A stretch of DNA of 64,000 nt from Promethearchaeati archaeon (GTDB lineage Archaea; Asgardarchaeota; Heimdallarchaeia; Heimdallarchaeales; Heimdallarchaeaceae). The position numbers and the translations under genes are program-made. The notes under the pieces are model-generated. The model saw nothing but the letters and a program-made list of their open reading frames with translations, was not told the DNA's origin and did no database searches. The stretch is from NCBI GenBank assembly GCA_013166775.1, contig JABLTJ010000003.1:96001-160000 (forward strand), given 5' to 3'. This document shows positions 58,887 to 64,000 of the stretch, one piece after another (within the stretch, counting starts at the first letter, position 1; each line of letters opens with the position of its first letter).

Positions 58887-59954
58887 ATGGGAAAACTCAG
58901 CTTAATCTCTAATGAAATTTATACAATTTTGATATTAGCTCTGGTTTTAGGTTTGGATTTTCCTTTAACATCTGCGAATTTATTTACTCTTGATTTTAAT
59001 GAGACAAATGCCTACAATCATATTTCAACTCAATTAGATTTTGGTTTTAGGGTTCCAGGAACAGCTTCACATAATAATTGTGCTGATTGGATAGGTGGCC
59101 AAATAGGAATCTACACAGATGAGGTAATGATTCATGATTATTCGATTCAGATTGGAGAACAACCGAGTTATTTCTGCCAAGATATTTTGGGAAAACTAAA
59201 TACTGAAAAAAACAAAATTGTTATACTTGGAGCACACTGGGATTCAAGAAATGTTGCTGAGAAAGACACTTACAATCAAAGTCAACCGATACCTGGTGCA
59301 AATGATGGTGGATCAGGAGTAGCAGTTCTAATCGAATTAGCTAGAGTTCTGTCTCTTTACAAAGATAATCTGGATTGTCAAATCTGGTTCCTCTTCATAG
59401 ATGCAGAAGATCAAGGTTATTCCCGGGGGATGTATGGGTTAGAATACTGGGATTGGAGTGAAGGCTCAAGAGTATTTGTAGATGATATAGATGAATTCTA
59501 TGATTCAAGCGCAGAAAACTTCGATAGTTTCATATTGCTTGATATGGTAGGTGGCTCAAATTTACAGTTTATTAGAGAAGCAAATTCGGATTCAAACTTG
59601 CATAATAGAATATTTAGGGAGGGTCAAAAGCTGGGATATAGTAGTGCATTTCCTGAAAATCCAACTGTTATGTCAATTATAGACGACCATATTGCTTTCA
59701 AGGATTTCGGGATGCCTGTTATTGATTTGATAATCGATTTTGTAAATGGAGAGTGGGAATACCACCATACTCATTCCGATAATTTGGAAAACATAGATCC
59801 TGAGAGTTTGAAGATAACAGGTCAGACAGTAGAATCATATATGAAGAATTTCTACACTGTAGGTTTTCCCGTCTGGGCGTATTTTGTTATCATCTTAGGT
59901 TCAATAATCCTTGTAATCATTCCTATAGTACTTCTTTTCAGAAAAAGACGATAA
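58887..59954 (+). CDS. M28 family metallo-enzyme, glutaminyl-cyclase-like, with a C-terminal membrane anchor
   Basis: AHWDSR, GANDGGSG, DAEDQG, LLDMVG, IDDH..F, HHTHSD; C-terminal TM + RKRR. Confidence 0.82.
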   Translation: MGKLSLISNEIYTILILALVLGLDFPLTSANLFTLDFNETNAYNHISTQLDFGFRVPGTASHNNCADWIGGQIGIYTDEVMIHDYSIQIGEQPSYFCQDILGKLNTEKNKIVILGAHWDSRNVAEKDTYNQSQPIPGANDGGSGVAVLIELARVLSLYKDNLDCQIWFLFIDAEDQGYSRGMYGLEYWDWSEGSRVFVDDIDEFYDSSAENFDSFILLDMVGGSNLQFIREANSDSNLHNRIFREGQKLGYSSAFPENPTVMSIIDDHIAFKDFGMPVIDLIIDFVNGEWEYHHTHSDNLENIDPESLKITGQTVESYMKNFYTVGFPVWAYFVIILGSIILVIIPIVLLFRKRR

Positions 59955-60012
59955 AAACCTCTTAATTTTTCGTCCATTCAAAATAACTTTTAAACTCAAT
60001 ACAAATCTTTGA

Positions 60013-61839
60013 TTGATTAATTTGACAAAGGAAATTACAATAGAAAAATTAGCTTCTATTCCAACCATTATGTTTGTAAAACCAAATAAAGATAAAGATG
60101 AATTTGGTTTCTACTGGAATAAAACAAAAAGACAAGAATTCTATACTCTTAAACCGGAAACATTGGAATACAAGCAGATAACTGACGGTCACCTTCCTAA
60201 AGCTATTAGAGCAGGTTATGTGTGGCTAAATGATAAAAAACACATTACCTATACAAAAGATAAAGATGGTGATGAACAACATAATTTGTATCTTTTTAAC
60301 CTAGAAACTAAGGAAAGTGTTCAATTAACAGATACTCCAAAAGCTCAGGAAATTCCTATTACTGTAAGCCCTGAAGGAAATAACTTGCTCTTTCTTTCTA
60401 CTCGACATGGTCAGTTGAATCATTTCATTTTGAACATTGATACAAAGGAAGTCAAGCAATTAACTGCTCATGAAAAACCTACTTGGGGAGATGCAGTATG
60501 GAGCAAAGATGATTGGATATATTATAATTACAACGATTCCTACAGCATTAAGAATTCAGATGTCTGGGCAATACGAAGTGATGGAAGTGACATTAAGAAA
60601 CTCTTCAGCGTATCAAATCAATCAAATGATGAAGTTTTCTCTGTAAATAAAGATGGAACATTGTTAGCTGTATCTAGCGATTCTATTGGTATTGATCAAG
60701 CTGGTGTATTTAATACTAAAACTTTGGAAACAAAATGGTTTGGTAAAGGAAAGTATGAAGAAAGGGCAGTACAATTTTCACAAGATGGTAAGAAATTGCT
60801 TGTTAGCCGCAATCTTGAGGCAGAAGTTAAAACTATTATTTATGATATTGAGACAGGAATTGCCAAGGAAATTGATGCTGAAGGCTATACAAGTAATATA
60901 GGATTCTGTTTAAAGGACAAATACTTGCTTTACACAAGAACAAGTCCAAAAACTCCAATGATTTTCGTTAGATATGATTTAGAAAAGGACATAGAAGAAA
61001 TAATTATTCCTCCTCAGACAGAATTCACTGAAGAAGATTTCTATGATGTAGAATATGTCAAATATCCAACTTTCGATGGACTAGAAATAGCTGCTTGTTT
61101 AGGGAAACCAAAACTTGAACCAGGTAAAAAATATCCAGCTCTAGTAAACGTACATGGAGGTCCAACCAGTCAATATTACAGAAACTTCAACATCTTTACT
61201 CAGGTCTTTGCTCATAATGGTTTTGTAATTCTCCAACCAAATATCAGAGGTAGTACCGGTTATGGTAAGGAATTTATGGAGTTAAACCTAAAGGATTGGG
61301 GTGGAGGTGATGCTAAAGATATAATCTGGGGTAAAAAATATCTAGAGTCACTTGATTATGTTGATCCTGAAAGAATTGGTGTTTTTGGCGGATCATATGG
61401 TGGATTCTCTACTTTTATACAATTGACAAAATATGCTGATGCAGGATGGAAAGCAGGTTCAGCTTGGATTGGTATTTCTCATCTCAAGAAGATGTTTGAT
61501 AAATCACTACCCCATTTCAAATATCTCTTAATTCAACATCTGGGTACTTATGATGAGAATAAAGAACTTTGGGAAGATCGTTCTGCATTGAATCATATTG
61601 AAAACATAAGTGCCCCTATCCAAATCATTCATGGAGTTCATGATCCAAGATGCCCAATAGAAGAAAGCAGGCAATTCAGAGATAAACTCGTTGAAATGGA
61701 TTGGAAAGAAGGAAAAGAAGGGGACAAAACTTACGAATACTTAGAATTCGAAGATGAAGGTCATGGTGCATTTTCTGACATCCCAATGAGAATCAGAACT
61801 ACCAAACTCTTCATTGACTTCTTTCAGAGAAGGCTTTAA
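60013..61839 (+). CDS. S9 family peptidase (acylaminoacyl-peptidase-like)
   Basis: Beta-propeller repeats, VHGGP, RGSTGYG, GGSYGG, HG..DPRC, DEGHG. Confidence 0.93.
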   Translation: MINLTKEITIEKLASIPTIMFVKPNKDKDEFGFYWNKTKRQEFYTLKPETLEYKQITDGHLPKAIRAGYVWLNDKKHITYTKDKDGDEQHNLYLFNLETKESVQLTDTPKAQEIPITVSPEGNNLLFLSTRHGQLNHFILNIDTKEVKQLTAHEKPTWGDAVWSKDDWIYYNYNDSYSIKNSDVWAIRSDGSDIKKLFSVSNQSNDEVFSVNKDGTLLAVSSDSIGIDQAGVFNTKTLETKWFGKGKYEERAVQFSQDGKKLLVSRNLEAEVKTIIYDIETGIAKEIDAEGYTSNIGFCLKDKYLLYTRTSPKTPMIFVRYDLEKDIEEIIIPPQTEFTEEDFYDVEYVKYPTFDGLEIAACLGKPKLEPGKKYPALVNVHGGPTSQYYRNFNIFTQVFAHNGFVILQPNIRGSTGYGKEFMELNLKDWGGGDAKDIIWGKKYLESLDYVDPERIGVFGGSYGGFSTFIQLTKYADAGWKAGSAWIGISHLKKMFDKSLPHFKYLLIQHLGTYDENKELWEDRSALNHIENISAPIQIIHGVHDPRCPIEESRQFRDKLVEMDWKEGKEGDKTYEYLEFEDEGHGAFSDIPMRIRTTKLFIDFFQRRL

Positions 61840-61857
61840 AGCCTGCTCCTTTTTATT

Positions 61858-63333
61858 CTATTTTTTCAAATATCTGTAAGCTATTAGTAGGTAAAGTTTA
61901 GTTATATCTCTAAAGGTTTTAATTTCAGCATATTCATTTGCAGTATGTGCATTTCTTCCACCTGGACCAAGAATGAATATATCTTTCATTCCTGCTTCTC
62001 TCATGTTCCCACCATCACTAAAACCTGTCATAAAACCAAATATTGGACTAGTCTCATAAAGTGCTGTAAAAGCATTCTGCATTAGTTTTCCAAATTCAGA
62101 GTTAGGATCTGAAGCTGAACCTTCACCAACAGTTAGAATTGATATTGTTATATCGACTGGTTCATCTTTAAATTTCTGAATAGAATGTTGAAGGTTTGTG
62201 TATCCCTCTGGAATCTCAATACGATAGTTAAGTTTGGTACAATACTTTACTATTGCATCAAAAACTTGTTGAGTAGACAAACCAGGCATTGCTCGAAAAT
62301 CTACTTCTAATTCACAAGTATCAGGAATAACGTTAGTCTTTACTCCAGCTTTTATCTGATTGAAGCTGAAAGTTGTATTGTAGAGTATTTTTCCTCTCTT
62401 TGTCTTGTCCTTGTCAAGTGGGCTTTTCTCTCCTGTATATGCCACAATCTTTCTGTAATCAGCGAAACTTACCCTTGATAAAAGCATCTTGATTTGTTGC
62501 CATTTAGTAACTGGAGCTTTTCGTTTGGGAAATTTCAAATTGCGTTTTGCTTTGCTCATGAATCTTACTGCTTTGTTTAGAGCACTGCTTTTAATTTTAG
62601 GCCATGACCCGTGTCCAGCTACTCCGTGAAAGATAAATTTCATCCAATGAGGACCTTTTTCTCCCAAACTTATACCTGGACTAGTTAAAGGAACTCTTAC
62701 TGTAGGTTCGGAAACAATAGTTGCATCTGCATTCACTACATCGAGATGATTTTTTACCATAAAAGCTGAGCCATAAGCACCATGCGTCTCCTCATCTGGA
62801 GTAAACCACATTTGTAATTTACCTTTGATTTTTACTTCAGAATCTTTAAGCAGCTTCATTGCAATCATCTGACAAGCTATTCCTGCTTTCATATCTACAG
62901 ATCCACGACCATACAGCTTACCTTCTTTAATTACTCCTCCTAAGGGGGGAGTATCTTCATCCCATTTGTCAGGATTGAAAGGGACAATATCTAGATGACC
63001 ATTAAACTGGAGAGTTTTACCTGGATCTTCTCCTTCGTATGATGCAATTAAATTGTAATAGAACTCATTTTTCTTATTACTGAAGAAAGGAGCTTTAAAG
63101 AGTTCAGTTTTGAATCCCGCATTATCCATGTAATTTTTTGTAAAATCAAAAATCTTGTTTATGTTATGATACTGGAATTCAGAATAGTTGAGTGAATTTA
63201 TTTTTACTAACTCTTGCAAGAGCTCAGCAATTTCTTCTTCTTTATCATCTACTAAAGCTAGTAATTTCTTCTCCTCTGCTGTTAGAGGTATCTTTGGAGT
63301 AATTTTCTTCTCGATTATGTTTATTGCTGTCAC
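61858..63333 (-). CDS. M20 metallopeptidase (ArgE/DapE-like)
   Basis: NGHLDIVP, GRGSVDMKAG, PDEE, SEP, G..GHGS, AHTANE. Confidence 0.9.
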   Translation of the reverse strand: MTAINIIEKKITPKIPLTAEEKKLLALVDDKEEEIAELLQELVKINSLNYSEFQYHNINKIFDFTKNYMDNAGFKTELFKAPFFSNKKNEFYYNLIASYEGEDPGKTLQFNGHLDIVPFNPDKWDEDTPPLGGVIKEGKLYGRGSVDMKAGIACQMIAMKLLKDSEVKIKGKLQMWFTPDEETHGAYGSAFMVKNHLDVVNADATIVSEPTVRVPLTSPGISLGEKGPHWMKFIFHGVAGHGSWPKIKSSALNKAVRFMSKAKRNLKFPKRKAPVTKWQQIKMLLSRVSFADYRKIVAYTGEKSPLDKDKTKRGKILYNTTFSFNQIKAGVKTNVIPDTCELEVDFRAMPGLSTQQVFDAIVKYCTKLNYRIEIPEGYTNLQHSIQKFKDEPVDITISILTVGEGSASDPNSEFGKLMQNAFTALYETSPIFGFMTGFSDGGNMREAGMKDIFILGPGGRNAHTANEYAEIKTFRDITKLYLLIAYRYLKK

Positions 63334-63399
63334 ATTGTGAAGCTAAAAATGTTACTTATTTACTTTTCTCAATATCAGTGAGTTTTAAGCTCATTGTGT

Positions 63400-64000
63400 C
63401 TAAATAGAGCAATCACACTCTTTTGTAATTGAAAAAAGTAATTGAATATGCAATAATTCAGCTTGTATTCCATTAGAAATCAATATTGCACCCTTACCAG
63501 TTGTTGGACTACTAATCATCATACATACTGCACCCAGTACATTTGTCCTAGGAAGGACAAAAAATATGCCGTTTTTATTTTCAAATAGAATCAAACCTAA
63601 GCCCTGCACAGTAAAACCAAACATTTTGATTGGATCTAAGCAAATTCTAATGATATCATATGTTTGATTATTTTTTTTGATAAAATTTTCTCGTATTTCC
63701 CTTGATATGTTTTAATTAATTCCACAACAAACCTTGCTATACCAGAAGGAGTTGAAACTAATCCTCCATGACCAAAGACTCCTGAAATAAACCCTAAATC
63801 TGTTGCATTACCTTCGTTATCGTGATGAATATCATTCTCTTCCTTAATTCTTCAGATGGATGTTGGAAAAAACTATTTTACATCTCCAATGGAAGGAAAA
63901 TCTCTTCTCTGATATAATCGGATAAGCTGTTTCCTGTAATATCTTGTATTAATTTTTCAATTATTATATATGTTAAATTTGAGTACTGATGATTAGTTCC
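63400..64000 (-). pseudogene. Decayed beta-lactamase-family serine hydrolase, running off the window edge
   Basis: Minus strand YSNLTYIIIEKLIQDITG.SLSDYIREEIFLPLEM* (TAA 63878-63880), then fragments GHGGLVSTPSGIARF and GLGL...G.N..G...GKGAILISNG. Confidence 0.75.

Noticed and set aside
568-60901. Many short ORFs antisense to or overlapping long genes (e.g. 568-756, 3350-3634, 9617-9856, 19883-20107, 34765-35106, 37160-37519, 51810-52085, 60686-60901)
   Set aside because: Shadows of well-supported genes; no motifs
1-64000. CRISPR array, rRNA, IS elements
   Set aside because: No regularly spaced repeats, rRNA-like GC-rich tracts or transposase motifs seen by eye; repeats in the LRR, TPR and beta-helix genes are protein-level

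Overview
AT-rich, gene-dense archaeal chromosome segment, most likely from an Asgard archaeon (Heimdallarchaeia-like). This is inferred from an intron-containing tRNA, TATA-type promoters, many surface proteins with a C-terminal TM helix plus basic tail, an LRR protein and a TPR protein with a longin-like C-terminal domain. (1) 1.8-31 kb: an apparently near-complete anaerobic purine/urate degradation gene set: MocA, Se-dependent-type XDH, carbamate kinase, YgeY, YgeW, HyuA, SsnA and a second canonical XdhABC. A PreA/DHODH-like flavoprotein and a ThrC-like PLP enzyme stand where YgfK and DpaL would be expected. The set is split by about 10 kb of unrelated genes and carries pseudogenes and diverged relics of neighbouring gene ends. 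(2) 31-48 kb: transporters, hydrolases, surface proteins, an orphan DNA methyltransferase and a dodecin. (3) 48-55 kb: a tight cluster of eukaryote-like genes: a SIRT6/7-type sirtuin, the TPR-longin protein, an N-myristoyltransferase-like tandem GNAT and a Cwh43/PGAP2IP-like membrane EEP enzyme. This is a candidate prokaryotic protein-acylation/lipid-remodelling module. (4) 55-64 kb: peptidases and a decayed serine hydrolase. No CRISPR array, rRNA, integrase or transposase was seen. All family calls come from motif recognition and recalled reference sequences, not database searches.
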